Below, one piece after another: positions 49,001-54,718 of a stretch of 64,000 nt of DNA (positions are counted from its first letter, which is position 1; the number at the start of each line of letters is the position of its first letter). Origin of the DNA: a virus (lineage: Duplodnaviria > Caudoviricetes); IMG/VR virus record IMGVR_UViG_3300016649_000355. One strand, written 5' to 3'. A program made the translations under genes and the position numbers. The notes beneath the pieces are model-generated. The model was not told the origin of the DNA, searched no databases, and saw only the letters and a program-made list of their open reading frames with translations.

Positions 49001-50558
49001 TACAGATAGCGTAACTGACTATATCACCTGTGACGATACAAGCAATTTTGTTATTGGTCAAACAATTATTTTCAGGGGAACAAGTTTTGGTGGAATAAAC
49101 ACTAACGGTCTTGTTTATTTTGTCCGAAGCGTAATAGATTCTACAGATTTCACAATCATGGATGAGACAGGGACTTTAGTTACGGTAACAACTGATACAG
49201 GATTGATGATCGCTACTGTGGGCGGTACACCAACAGTGACTATAACTACATCTCAGCCTCACAACTTTATAGAAAATGAAAAAATTAGGATAGATGATTT
49301 AACAGGGGCCGATCAACTAAATAATAATGTTTACTACGCACATATTATAAATTCAACCGTATTTGAAATTTATACCGAACCATATGATCCAGCATTCGGG
49401 GCAGTAAACTATCCCGTTACAACAATCAACGCATATATATCCGGAGGATATGTATGGAAAGATGGATTATTCACATTAATCACAACTACAACTACAGGAT
49501 CCTCTAGTTCAGGAAATATTATTACTGTTCAATCTACTGAAAACCTTGAAGCCAATACTCCTGTGATATTTACCAAATACGGTAACGATGTGGGTGATAA
49601 CATATTGGGTGGCATAATATACGGCACCACTTATTATGTTAAAGAGGTTTTAAATTCAACCTCATTTAAAATAAGTGCTACTAGGGGAGGAACTATATTT
49701 ACCCTTACCACAGCCACTGCGGTAGTCAATGTAACACAATGGGAACAAACAAATGTTGATCGACTATGGGTCACTGTCAATGGATATAGAGTTCCGTCAT
49801 CTAAATTAAGATTAAACCCTGATAATAATCTTAGCATATTGACGACCATAGTAGCAGGAGATGAAGTGATCATTACTAGCATGATACCATCAAGCACCCC
49901 CAATGAAGAAGTTTATTTACTGAATGTAAATCAAACAAATAATGCGGTAGTTTATAGGGCTAATACTGAAACAAGAACATGGCTCACTCAAAACTTAGAC
50001 ATAACTGACTCTACGATACATGTTTATGATGTTACTAGAATAACAGATATTGTTTCACAAACAAATACTACCCCTGCCGCGATAGATGATAAGCACTATA
50101 TAGGATTGATCGCAGATAAGAATATCATTTCTAATATCACTGTTTATAATGAAACTACTGGCGAATATATTGATAGCGAAAATTACAGACTAATCATAGA
50201 AGATTTAAGTCCAATACTTGAAATTGACAATGGTCCTTACATCACTGCGGGTGATATATTGTTAATCACGATATTAGAGGGTAACTTAATTATGATTAAC
50301 GGAGAGCAAATCAAATTTACCAATGCTGATCTAACAAACAATACAATTTCAGGCTTGCAGCGTGGCGCAAATGGCACTTCCGCAAATCAATTTGTTCCTA
50401 AATTCACTGAAGTTTACAGCCTCCTCTCGAATAATAGAATGACGAATATAAATTATCAATTGACTTGGAATAGCGATATTTATAATGCTACACTAGGTGA
50501 TCCTCTACAAATAAGTGAAACCAATGCAGCAGAATTCTTAAGAACCGATATTACCTGA
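31071..50558 (+). CDS. Giant (6495 aa) modular baseplate wedge/fibre protein (gp7 position)
   Basis: Follows gp6; N-terminal DFTDLDKIINFNQYYWLP; at least 14 copies of a ~75-aa beta module; FG-GAP-like and Asp-box propeller motifs. Confidence 0.8.
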   Translation: MATRIRTLNFLPEVFKTPTNAQFLNATLDQIVSQPAVRRVEGYIGSKLGYGINAKDYYVTEPTKVRTDYQLDPGIVTTKIDESTAKDFISYPGLLDSIKLNGGITDNNSRLFKSQIYSWDSFTDLDKIINFNQYYWLPDGPEAVTVASDTIYSTTDYLVTDVINGYQINPLGQSGGALNPTLTLLRGGTYRFSVNQLTQFWIQGEPGVTGFDPSQPNIQTRDILGVENNGATNGIVTFTVPSKDAQSQYNFPGNNIVDVVSTSTFAEINGRRISDIGSIDGITSLDGLTVMFYETGLPNEVGYVSKFYDATPYDNNGGFVSPITIQVTNTSSTGNLITCDSTANLSVNSSITFSGVPFGNLTTGTIYYVLTVDSATEFTISESIGGSPVALVNASGTLTGNVNQGLFEEGYYTTVNQYFYRITYVGDLSDPVISLTPEVEIPINEKITAKFGTEFINRNFYKSSAGNIIIYPYLSAILDTLYYQDGTSDNKVGVIRLIESNVTNSIDVETDILGKVNYTAPNGVVFTNGLKVEFNGSIEPASYLTGEYYVEGVGTAIELIPTNQLIAPEPFTVGNFIPYDTTPYDIGNYDSNLYIPATPDYITIARNSINKNAWSRSNRWFHVDVINATAQYNNNPDLATLYATAEAKAKRPIIEFYPNLALFNSGVIGKDFIDFIDFRTTDAFSQVAGQQNYYPDVTAYSTYSASITGVTANIVRSVTDTTASGNFITCSSTTGFHVNDKVVFTGTVFGGVIVNATYYIESIVDSTKFTISSEQNGEVFVLSTASGTMTATITPLTTTITVSSDAITGNIAVNQYITDSTNLLPRNSIVTDISGTSTLTLTVTWNTPEFFTSSINSSSLIFTDTTNDNYALFEGSRVVFANDTDPEVRNKIYVSRFSTVTGTSTPVITLTPAQDGSVLPKDQTVAFRGYNNQGKDFYFDGTDWNLSQQKTDVNQPPLFDIFDENGISFGDSEIYVGTSFQGNKLFAYGIGSGIDDIYLGFPIRYSSIDNVGDINFDVSLNLDTFDYVRNSQPITQKVNTGYVYNYTTRTIFERELGWQTAIADSTQYQVFQFPYVLGQVSLSFTCDIAKLSDDDSAWPTIQVFNNNNFLSSDEYVVDTTSTTTIITLNQAPTEDTVIEILLLSDQVSNQAYYTIPVNLSNNPLNGDLTTADLGDIRGHYQSIFYNNPDTTGPVFGANNYRDLGNIVPYGTRIIQNSASLVLPGLFSRNSQYNLSNALLFNSRQYITFKTLLVDTINKTAYEQRYNPAEILDAALDVITSYKVDTEPFFWSDMIPSKAAFITNTYSFANSLDVSIYPLSRIYNFNTANYYGVLVYLTRTVDGFTFTQQLIKNVDYTISEDSPSLTVTLDLLANDQITIKEYNQTYGSYVPNTPTKLGLYPSFVPEVVLDSAYTVPTYFIRGHDGSYTKLYGDYIPETNTLIDFRDQGLLEFEKRIYNNLKLSSAIPINFYDVIPGFSRDTDYTWDEIMQIYSPLFLTWVGENRIDYKTQLYNSGNQFTYNYSDSGNKVNKKPIQQGYWRGVYSYFYDSVNPDTAPWEMIGYSDQPGWWTSRYGPAPYTSDNLILWNDLAQGIDYNDGIPRVLPQYIRPELLQILPVDSNGNLLSPFNSIVGNYNGNTFRKDWKVGDDSPAEFSYRRSSSWPFDLMRLYSLTQPANFFNLGVDLDNYRYSDEFDQYLVNDRSHLILNQIQIYGSGTAKTSYINWIVDYEKQLGVNSTEAITDLLNNVDVRLVYRLAGFSDKTLLKFYVEKGTPNSRNASLLIPDESYTVLLYDNQPFDRIIYSGVVVQKTNDGYKVYGNSQTETYFRISKPENNGKFINLDVEGVKIKLATDYTSQTILVPYGYQFGSIQEVSQFLMSYGNRLQQQGMKFDKIENGIEVTWQQMVLEFAYWSQTGWEIGSIVTINPAATQIQIEKDSYVVQPLTIQRQNFILNQNLYPIQTKDLNILRDETLFNVEPLNPGDALSYGQFDISNFEHGIVFDNVTLFNDVIYNLVTGLRQNRILLRGTKTAEWNGTVTTSGFILNQDNILTWQQGVKYTKGAIVKYKNKYWTAIKIIEAKTVFDELDWKVTDYNEIQKGLLPNSSTRSYESTLYFNCNRTNLERDGDLLAFSLIGYRPRDYLALADLTDVTQINVYKNLIKMKGTRDAARAFKGATLPQGGIDYDIYENWAIKSAEFGGVLSDNFVEFKVNEKYMTGNPSIVGLTNGVYTEGVQQEVPIYSLYNYNQPINNPSILTTIPVDTPDILYPSAGYVNYNDVKMSAYYYANMPNGVDKNNQLVPISDLYVRDYIWLADYLGTWQVYTPASNGQIIFVKNNLNGTATIQFAEPHNLNQYGIFAIVNFNINVNGYYVVQLVVDPYRVIVNLNLNTSVREISGQGIALNFENQRVAEPSDIINLNLLGSEFAKNKVWVDTNNDGSWAVYRKSLNYQYEKEFLKDNTQTFGSAVAYTNELGYLIGDADDGNVYRYTFSPLVEDYTVTQTLTFGPSFGTTIVHEQEIFVISEPTNTPRVHIYELLNTAASKDLTSYQSPISRPGPVTGEWGTALALSGDKKWLYISAYEDALVYVYRLSQISNEYEFSNTIDGTALGLTGSDKFGYSITTDYYGDTVVIGSPNEDYDVTTDNWGRAYVYYRSTQNFEAQYTSIPNVAQTFALGWSPTTTTITVTATTASNDRFTCADSSLFDDDQPVLFSGTIIADSNVSPDTVYYIYDKPTGTTFRLTTVRGELANIVDILANGSGSMTMTVQDTPLYVSVNGILVEDNNYGVIGSTFYYTGSLIAGDIVNVSGNEFVKLQTLTTETTPRVGVHFGQSLDTTGFGMEIIVGAPFELNTQNQEGAAYRYTNGGERYGLVIGTGVVDVTATRILLINGFSVTIPVGSASVAANAINGSGVSNVQALANADGTLTIQLINSNLAQVNNKLSLAAFSETTLNELGINLYTQTQIINCPHVQGPTQFGSTVKYGTQGSVVISAPAGTRYAGTTFDFTDDENLDNDTVFDNNATQFVDAYPNAGAVYMFDYLSNYNENLSNPGKYVYAQSVNARNQTYGLQPYYGHALDFYDNHILIGTPEFNEGTDYGQVVSYESLTSATDWEIYRQSSAIVDIQKIKNIQLFSAETNETLEHLDYIDPLQGKILGSVRQNIDVVSNVDPAYYTNSVDRNIGVIWGKDKVGQTWLNTSNMKYVNYHQDSVEYNSKYWGTLFPGSDPAVYTWIESNVTPDQYAGPGTPYDITSYTTGYVTNNIQTVSPVYYFWVRNTNTVYTLEGKTLADSILESYILNSKASGIAYFAPLLPNVFALYNSQSYINANDSVLHIGYSTGSGNVETHNQYSLIRSNYADDFLPGLPGVGNVTRPESLYDRMLDSLSGVDEAGNVVPNPYLPKAVQLGVLARPRQSFFLNRFLALKNYFTFANDILAQYPITEIRENASFLFAEGEFFNTPDYWEYINYWATGYDNNTKSALQVQIYADLLTLSVAEGTIVRVAQNGDGKAETYIYQESIWIRIGLENGTIRLKDSLWDYAAARTGYGDNFFDTDVFDFYPSEETRYIIRALNEQIYIDELALFRNTSLILLFEYIQSETTESQNYLPWLNKTSLIDVSHTIRELLPLEVFQSDNQDFLSGYLNEIKPYHVVIKDFLFKYTGENVFEGDITDFDLPAQFNFNQNQFITPQLVYSNPNGINQYTPDSTIWQESAYKSWFENYGVSITGQDDVLMTTLASYLTLNSTAFVVDNANGFPINGVIRIGTEEIGYSSVDRNLNVLTGLTRGVNGTTVSTHLPGEQIYMDLPAVTVLNGGRGYSEPPKVTAYIDTSIYPEPRDPAILQANMDLDTVLSVTVIDPGSGYAVLPEIRIDPSISIIFASTEVSTVTNTITLYAPLLQTGDLVKYIAGEDSTTIGGLENNQWYYINVLETVPTVSIALYTNYSGAINDEDRVTFYTSGTGSNHKIEVGARATSITSAAPIRENNIALKFDRTTYTSQVTDWEAGRFYGAFYAGAYTSEDLSSSSVQLYSEYPPIDNILASNQGLVLEITDVENDQTLTWSSFVRSVEQTIGGASDIIRLEYDSTEPNASGSTIGFYVGMPIKFVGAVVGTNIIDSQTYYVHTIVNDSDFKISSSVSGSVLNLNSVTIGAAGLSCYVGEVTNVAVITANYPGIMSATATSSLNNAITIPKSVVGTGGTIGFYTNLPVFFTNTVFGGIIQNEIYYVTTVIDGETFTLSETQNPLILTVTNTTSSTNVVTVSSTENLSINEPLIFTGTTFGGITAGTLYYINSIESSTTFKISTEFNGPVLTLTTASGTCILTSQADVVQLTTATGNMTINVNLPVSPGQVNGQEFTLYQTSEEYPGVTGAESNLIERIIEVAIGSGVNILPIKTSSGALTNVYVNMPVRFSAALGGLSAATTYYVKTTGTIEVEVTNTSSSTNRLTTLSTAELYVGMSIIFSGNVFGNISENTQYYVLSIVNATQFTISTSISGSALILTTSSGSMTGTGETYIQVSATLGGSVFALSAGRNYGPITATQYPNPTGTDDPEFAVRYILGGYSVIITNDSSGYATTNTITIPGTSLGGLTPDNDLTLTVSDIGNNGEIESLIASGNPAGIAKQYYLKVISPNQFEVYSNQLMTVPVTGIGFNYQGYKTTTVLETQSATDIITVDSTTDFEVNDAVVFSGNVTGGITPYQTYYILDNVNFTPTTFQISTVPGGSVFGLSTALSQNYTMAKAGSYAYLPEPFYFNQSIVKYNNRVYVCIISNNDDEFIFGKWELLSPGDRRLNALDRIVGYYQPTVNMPGLDLTQLVNGISYPNPIYLDNPFEPDQQFTYDTLLSDQEFYPTEIDIKGIVYDGSNYLGPSDSPEYSAIVSSPTTQSWSINTLSNQVLNATDIIYANGLYVITTNNSATPIYRSNNGISWTTNGQFTPYGYSGYDDLPYDVTSLSVSSLSLNSVAYGSNKFIAVGENIISSTDTYSWTERYEFTDGLLNQLNGVTYANTGSFSGFVAVGSSQEYDYSSGLTQIVDRNAILISSTGDTWNKLSSISPQTFYTVTFGNGILLAAGENNVKYYSQNGTTWFGINQTEVLSVNTATNVIVVTSTIGFSVNDPIRITSAFSNLSVGTTYYIQAVVNSTQLRVSSSSGGSAITLAVGDPSTRTWVNAYPMGETLKDLIYANSIFMAVGQNGFIETSPDGIFWTSQTSGVAENLNAITYNSAESLFVVVGDNNTIIQSSDNGVTWTSSSVFVQDPTVYDVVGNPFQSGYGPEELVPGFVSDNLTMIVNTRPGTNWDVTEYAHVGYKVFSLELIPLDAIQTVYSFAGYVQTPALIYVAIIDGTTMLSNSIYEPQYTIDWINFTITLNSPLTFTPVTDKLRIDIYEVGNGDQLVKSNSETDPLRYNSVTGFTEIYLNCNYSDTIFNGGGAIRPGTEPRYVNAIQTDSIDDTILCDSVDSFLLNSAIKFQGNVFGGLQEDTTYYVKTISTFTNKITVSTSYNIGSGTAGPTYQVTTNSGSMTAVIQTGSGLVWSDPFVYHNGNKLVWGITGTVTRTKNTNNRLTVNTTSGLAANDPITFSSNIFGGISPNVTYYISQVIDNNEITISTSPGGAEVVLTAATGSAQFITNDFAIGIQPNSVQAKLIFVDSYVQGTDYLVYSIFGETTPDQYGYTIPTAQLIASTGSNTYALTNYLGGANEYNAIVEVDGIRQTISQYDINVNNSNITFVSPPPANSIITVTTYNLTDRQYLNTQYGITGSPGAASLTLNIGNSVHEPGYDTLVTAGFFIIGTEYIIETIGTTDFTLIGAASNTVGIAFVATGAGTGTGTAAIGWSSGVITTAGSFTIGGNYEILTVGTTDFTLIGSPDNNIGTMFTATGVGSGTGTAGTGLFGPGPDYLELSSGNTSNLNINDTITFSSPTIGGLVAGVTYYVVEIIDSTKFAISTLVGGDPITLTTESGAMTGSTNPLSVSDVSGVNNTITPPLDVVSVTATDSVTDYITCDDTSNFVIGQTIIFRGTSFGGINTNGLVYFVRSVIDSTDFTIMDETGTLVTVTTDTGLMIATVGGTPTVTITTSQPHNFIENEKIRIDDLTGADQLNNNVYYAHIINSTVFEIYTEPYDPAFGAVNYPVTTINAYISGGYVWKDGLFTLITTTTTGSSSSGNIITVQSTENLEANTPVIFTKYGNDVGDNILGGIIYGTTYYVKEVLNSTSFKISATRGGTIFTLTTATAVVNVTQWEQTNVDRLWVTVNGYRVPSSKLRLNPDNNLSILTTIVAGDEVIITSMIPSSTPNEEVYLLNVNQTNNAVVYRANTETRTWLTQNLDITDSTIHVYDVTRITDIVSQTNTTPAAIDDKHYIGLIADKNIISNITVYNETTGEYIDSENYRLIIEDLSPILEIDNGPYITAGDILLITILEGNLIMINGEQIKFTNADLTNNTISGLQRGANGTSANQFVPKFTEVYSLLSNNRMTNINYQLTWNSDIYNATLGDPLQISETNAAEFLRTDIT
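48380..48695 (+). repeat. Two ~45-aa repeats G.F.IG..Y.I.T.GTTDFTLIG...N..G..F.ATG.G.GTGTA within the giant protein
   Basis: Seen in translation; the second copy begins near 48550. Confidence 0.75.
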
Positions 50559-50572
50559 AAGATAAATAGATC

Positions 50573-50722
50573 ATGAACAAAACTACGGACAATAAAGAAA
50601 AAGAGATAAAACAATCCGATAATAAACCAAATGAAATCGGAGGATTTTATTTTTCATCCCATATCAAAATTACTGATCCCAATACAAAAGAAGTTTTAGT
50701 ACAAAAAAGAGGCGATAACTGA
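50573..50722 (+). CDS. Small unannotated protein (49 aa, MNKTTDNK...KITDPNTKEVLVQKRGDN)
   Basis: Below ORF-track cutoff; GATAAATA box at 50561-50568, 4 nt before ATG; TGATG overlap with the next gene. Confidence 0.7.
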   Translation: MNKTTDNKEKEIKQSDNKPNEIGGFYFSSHIKITDPNTKEVLVQKRGDN

Positions 50723-51342
50723 TGTCAGTCATAACATTATCTTATAAGATAGAAGGATTTTTAAAAATATTTGACCCTAATAATGGCGAAATATTTGTAA
50801 ACAAGAAAAATGCTATCAATTATGAAAATATGTCAGAGGCTATAGCTGACACATTAAGCAGTCGTGGATATGGTGAAATATATGAGATGGCATTTGGTAA
50901 TGGCGGAGCATCGGTAGATCAGACGGGAGTCATAACATATCTACCACCAAATACTACTGGACAGAATGCAGCATTATATAATCAAACTTATGCGAAAATT
51001 GTAGACGATACTAGCGTATTTAATCTAGACCCCACTAGAAATAAGATGACAGTATCTCATATTACCGGTCGATTATATACAGATATTTTAGTTCAGTGTT
51101 TGTTGGATTACGGCGAGCCGGCAGGACAAAGCGCATTTGATAATAGCACTCAAACAGATTCAACCTATGTATTTGATGAGTTGGGGCTGCTTGCAAATTA
51201 CGGTACTAATAATGATGGCAATGTTATAACAAGATTATTAACGCATGTTATTTTTCACCCAGTACAAAAATCACTGAATAGGCAGATACAAATTGATTAT
51301 ACCGTAAGAATTCAGAGCTTAACTAATTTAGTTACGATTTAA
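50722..51342 (+). CDS. Virion structural protein, baseplate or fibre-attachment type
   Basis: Beta-rich (FDELGL, THVIFHPVQKS..IQIDYTVRI); within the structural operon. Confidence 0.55.
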   Translation: MSVITLSYKIEGFLKIFDPNNGEIFVNKKNAINYENMSEAIADTLSSRGYGEIYEMAFGNGGASVDQTGVITYLPPNTTGQNAALYNQTYAKIVDDTSVFNLDPTRNKMTVSHITGRLYTDILVQCLLDYGEPAGQSAFDNSTQTDSTYVFDELGLLANYGTNNDGNVITRLLTHVIFHPVQKSLNRQIQIDYTVRIQSLTNLVTI

Positions 51343-51343
51343 A

Positions 51344-51351
51344 GATAAATA
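51344..51351 (+). promoter_or_regulatory. Late promoter box (GATAAATA)
   Basis: Intergenic, upstream of GGAG SD and ATG 51375. Confidence 0.6.
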
Positions 51352-51374
51352 ATAAAGATAGCGGAGCGACAAAA

Positions 51375-52589
51375 ATGGCATATACGATTATAAAAAGTGA
51401 CGGTACAGTATTAACTACCATTGCGGATGGTACAATTAATACTACAAGTACATCACTTGGATTACCAGGAAGAAACTATGCAGGATATGGACAAACACTA
51501 GACACAAACTTTGTTCATATCACTGAAAATTTTGCAGATTCTTCTCCTCCCCCAAATCCATTAGCGGGTCAATTATGGTATAATACAAATGATACTACAC
51601 TCTATGTCTGTCCCACAGATGGAGAATCTAACGCCAATGCATGGACAGCACTAGCACAAGCAGGTGGAGGCGCAAATACTACCTTCGGTGGAATAACAGT
51701 GACGGGAAATGCTTCCGCTAATAATTTTACCGCTGTTAACAATTTAACAGGTAATGCACTTTCAGTATCTTTCGCTACAATTTCTGCTAATGCTAATATT
51801 GGAAATGCAAACATCACTTCAGCAACTATCGGCACTTTGACTACTACTGCTATAACGGCAGGTTCTGCAGGAACATCAGGCACGCTTACCGGTACTTGGT
51901 CAGTAAATGGCACTGTAAGTGGCAATGGCATAGTGATGACTGCGGGTAATATTTACATCAACAACAGTGGCAATATTTACGGAATTAAAACAGACAAGTA
52001 TATGTACGCGAACGGAGATCCTATCTCATTTGCAGGTACATACAGTAATAGCAATGTGGCAGCATATATGCCTGTTTATGGTGGAAATATACTGTCTACG
52101 CAGATTCAAGCTACCGTTCTCACAACCGGGGCTAACACAACACCCGGCAATATAACTGGTAATTGGACACTAACTACAGGATCAAGACTTCAGGCAACAT
52201 ATGCTGACCTTGCAGAAAGATTTGAAGCAGATGAAGCATATGACGCAGGAACTGTCGTAGAGTTAGGCGGTGCTAAAGAAATTACAGCAGTCAAGTATGA
52301 TTTAAGTGAAGATGTTTTTGGTGTGGTTTCTGATACTGCTGCATACCTAATGAATGCAGGTGCAGGAAACGATCAGACTCATCCACCTATAGCGGTTACA
52401 GGGCGTGTCAAGGTAAAAGTTACCGGTCCCATAGCTAAAGGTCAAAGATTAGTAAGTGCAGGCGAAGGTAGGGCAAGAGCAGCAAATCCCGGTGAAGCAA
52501 CAGCATTTAACACCATAGGTCGTTCATTAGAAGAAAAACACACGATTGACACAAGCCTCATTGAGGCCATAGTCACGATCAAAGGATAA
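51375..52589 (+). CDS. Tail fibre-like protein with C-terminal intramolecular chaperone / autocleavage (Peptidase_G2-like) domain
   Basis: Asn/Thr-rich shaft; C-terminal YADLAERF...GTVVELGG...GVVS...GRVKVKV...KGQRLVS pattern. Confidence 0.7.
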   Translation: MAYTIIKSDGTVLTTIADGTINTTSTSLGLPGRNYAGYGQTLDTNFVHITENFADSSPPPNPLAGQLWYNTNDTTLYVCPTDGESNANAWTALAQAGGGANTTFGGITVTGNASANNFTAVNNLTGNALSVSFATISANANIGNANITSATIGTLTTTAITAGSAGTSGTLTGTWSVNGTVSGNGIVMTAGNIYINNSGNIYGIKTDKYMYANGDPISFAGTYSNSNVAAYMPVYGGNILSTQIQATVLTTGANTTPGNITGNWTLTTGSRLQATYADLAERFEADEAYDAGTVVELGGAKEITAVKYDLSEDVFGVVSDTAAYLMNAGAGNDQTHPPIAVTGRVKVKVTGPIAKGQRLVSAGEGRARAANPGEATAFNTIGRSLEEKHTIDTSLIEAIVTIKG

Positions 52590-52599
52590 AGGAAAAAAC

Positions 52600-53553
52600 A
52601 TGAGTTACGCACAGTTTGGATTAATTGAAGCTACAGATTTCAACGCATTGGTAGGTGGAAACCCCACAACAACTGCCAATACCTTGAATGCAACTTGGGC
52701 GACAGGTGGCGGCACTGCAGGGTATGGTCAAACTGCGGTAGCGAATGTGACTGCAGGAAATAGTGTAGTAGCAACTGGTCAGTGGAATGCATTAGTATCT
52801 AATACTGCAAGTGCGGCAACACATCAAGGCTCATCTATTACATCCGTGACCGCTCCTGTAGCAGGAAACACTGTTACATACTTAAGTGCTATCCCTACAA
52901 ATTTGCAAACGATTTATGCAAGTAGATTAAACGCAGCAACACAGGGATCCACTACATCTAATACCGCGACATTTGGTAGTACATGGAGTTCATTGTTAAC
53001 ATTTACACATACTGCTACATTTGCTAACGGTGATGCAGCCCGTTACTTCTTTAATTCAGGTGGTCAATTAGCGATGACAGTGTCTCACCCAAATGGTACA
53101 GGAATCAATCTACTATTCAATAACTTAGCTTCTAATGTTGGTACTGTAGTCATGAGCGCGCCATCTTCTGGATCGGTTAGCATAGCAGGAACATCATATA
53201 ATGGCATCACTAAGATAGGCGGTGGCGGCAACGCCCCCACTATCAGTGCTAATACTGGTTATTTTGCATTAACAACATCTAATGTAACGGCATTTACTCA
53301 AACCGCATCTACGGGCCCGGCGGGCTATCTATCAACCTTCATTCGATTTATAGTCAAATCTAACGGCACTCAAGGATCAAATGGTGACGCCGGTTCTGTA
53401 ATTACTATCTATACTATTTGGGATGAAGTACCCGACGGTTTAACAGTGTCATCGGGAACCGCTACAACAATGACAGTAAGACCCCCCGAGACTACAAATC
53501 TAGCAAATTCTTGGGGAACAATCACATTAGCCGGAAGCGTGGCAGGTTCCTAA
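52600..53553 (+). CDS. Thr/Gly/Ala/Ser-rich virion structural protein
   Basis: Composition, AAGGA SD, operon position; DAARYFFNSGG motif. Confidence 0.6.
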   Translation: MSYAQFGLIEATDFNALVGGNPTTTANTLNATWATGGGTAGYGQTAVANVTAGNSVVATGQWNALVSNTASAATHQGSSITSVTAPVAGNTVTYLSAIPTNLQTIYASRLNAATQGSTTSNTATFGSTWSSLLTFTHTATFANGDAARYFFNSGGQLAMTVSHPNGTGINLLFNNLASNVGTVVMSAPSSGSVSIAGTSYNGITKIGGGGNAPTISANTGYFALTTSNVTAFTQTASTGPAGYLSTFIRFIVKSNGTQGSNGDAGSVITIYTIWDEVPDGLTVSSGTATTMTVRPPETTNLANSWGTITLAGSVAGS

Positions 53554-53579
53554 TTAAATTTAAATCAGTCTTTGTATCT

Positions 53580-53587
53580 ATTAAATA
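53580..53587 (+). promoter_or_regulatory. Late promoter box (ATTAAATA) at the head of the GT/radical SAM cluster
   Basis: Intergenic, upstream of TAAGGAG SD and ATG 53604. Confidence 0.55.
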
Positions 53588-53603
53588 CTCTAAGGAGTGA
53601 TTT

Positions 53604-53915
53604 ATGGATACAAAGACTTTAATTTTAGAATCAAAAGCTAGATTTGCTCACAATTCAGCTAAAGCTTACCTTAGAGAAAAATACGAAAACAAATTGTTTC
53701 TGGCGGATCAAGGAGGACTTTGGAAAGCCGATATTCAAACCATATCCTTCTTAGAAAGCAATCATACACAAGTTACCGAAATTGTTTTGATAGACACTTT
53801 TAATAATCCGGTAAAAGTGAATGCATCCGCTCTACTAAATAAACTTCAAGACCTATACCACACTGTCATGGAAGAATGGCATAAAGAATGGAAAGAGTTA
53901 GAAGGTAAAAGATGA
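53604..53915 (+). CDS. Hypothetical protein (103 aa), first gene of the modification cluster
   Basis: Strong SD; ATGA overlap with the next gene. Confidence 0.75.
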   Translation: MDTKTLILESKARFAHNSAKAYLREKYENKLFLADQGGLWKADIQTISFLESNHTQVTEIVLIDTFNNPVKVNASALLNKLQDLYHTVMEEWHKEWKELEGKR

Positions 53916-54718
53916 GTAAAGGGGTCATTCTTTTTGCGTTCAACTCTCCCAAATATGACTATTTTGCTATGGCAAAATACTCGGCTAAAAGAATCAATCA
54001 TTTTTTAAATCTACCAGTAACTTTAATTACTGATAAAGAATCATATGATCCCGATTCGACTGAGTTTGATAAAGTATTTTTAACAGAACCAGACAAAACA
54101 AACAAACGAGATTGGGGTCTGTGGTTCAACAAAGGTAGATACAAGGCATACGAATATAGTCCATATGATGAAACTATATTGTTAGATACTGATTATATGG
54201 TTTGTTCTGACAAATTATTGAAAACTTTTGATATTTACAATGATTTTTGTTGTCATGGAGATACGGAATTTTTAATGCAACCCAATGCTCCACAAGAAAT
54301 ATTAAGTGCATATAGTCATAAAACTTTATGGGCCACCGTGGTCACATTTAAAAAAACATCGAGAGCTAAACAAATTTTTGAATGTTTAAAAATGGTTCAA
54401 GAAAATTATGATCATTATGCTAATATACATAGTTTTATAAGTGGCACATACAGGAACGATTACGCGCTTACTTTGGCACTTAGGATAGCCAATGGGCAGA
54501 CTATTTTAGACAAAGATATTATTCCGTGGAATCTATTACACTTGGGGAAAAATACAACTATTTTCGCCAAAAGCCAACATCCATTCAATACAGAATATAC
54601 TATATTGTACGATAATTGGCAAAGGGGAAAAATTAAAAAAGAATATATCGACATCAAAGATTGCGATTTTCATGTCATGAACAAAGACAATTTTACGGAG
54701 TTGATAAAAGATGAATAA
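53912..54718 (+). CDS. GT-A-fold (GT8-like) glycosyltransferase
   Basis: KGVILFAF..PVTLITD; SPYDETILLDTD (DxD). Confidence 0.65.
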   Translation: MSKGVILFAFNSPKYDYFAMAKYSAKRINHFLNLPVTLITDKESYDPDSTEFDKVFLTEPDKTNKRDWGLWFNKGRYKAYEYSPYDETILLDTDYMVCSDKLLKTFDIYNDFCCHGDTEFLMQPNAPQEILSAYSHKTLWATVVTFKKTSRAKQIFECLKMVQENYDHYANIHSFISGTYRNDYALTLALRIANGQTILDKDIIPWNLLHLGKNTTIFAKSQHPFNTEYTILYDNWQRGKIKKEYIDIKDCDFHVMNKDNFTELIKDE

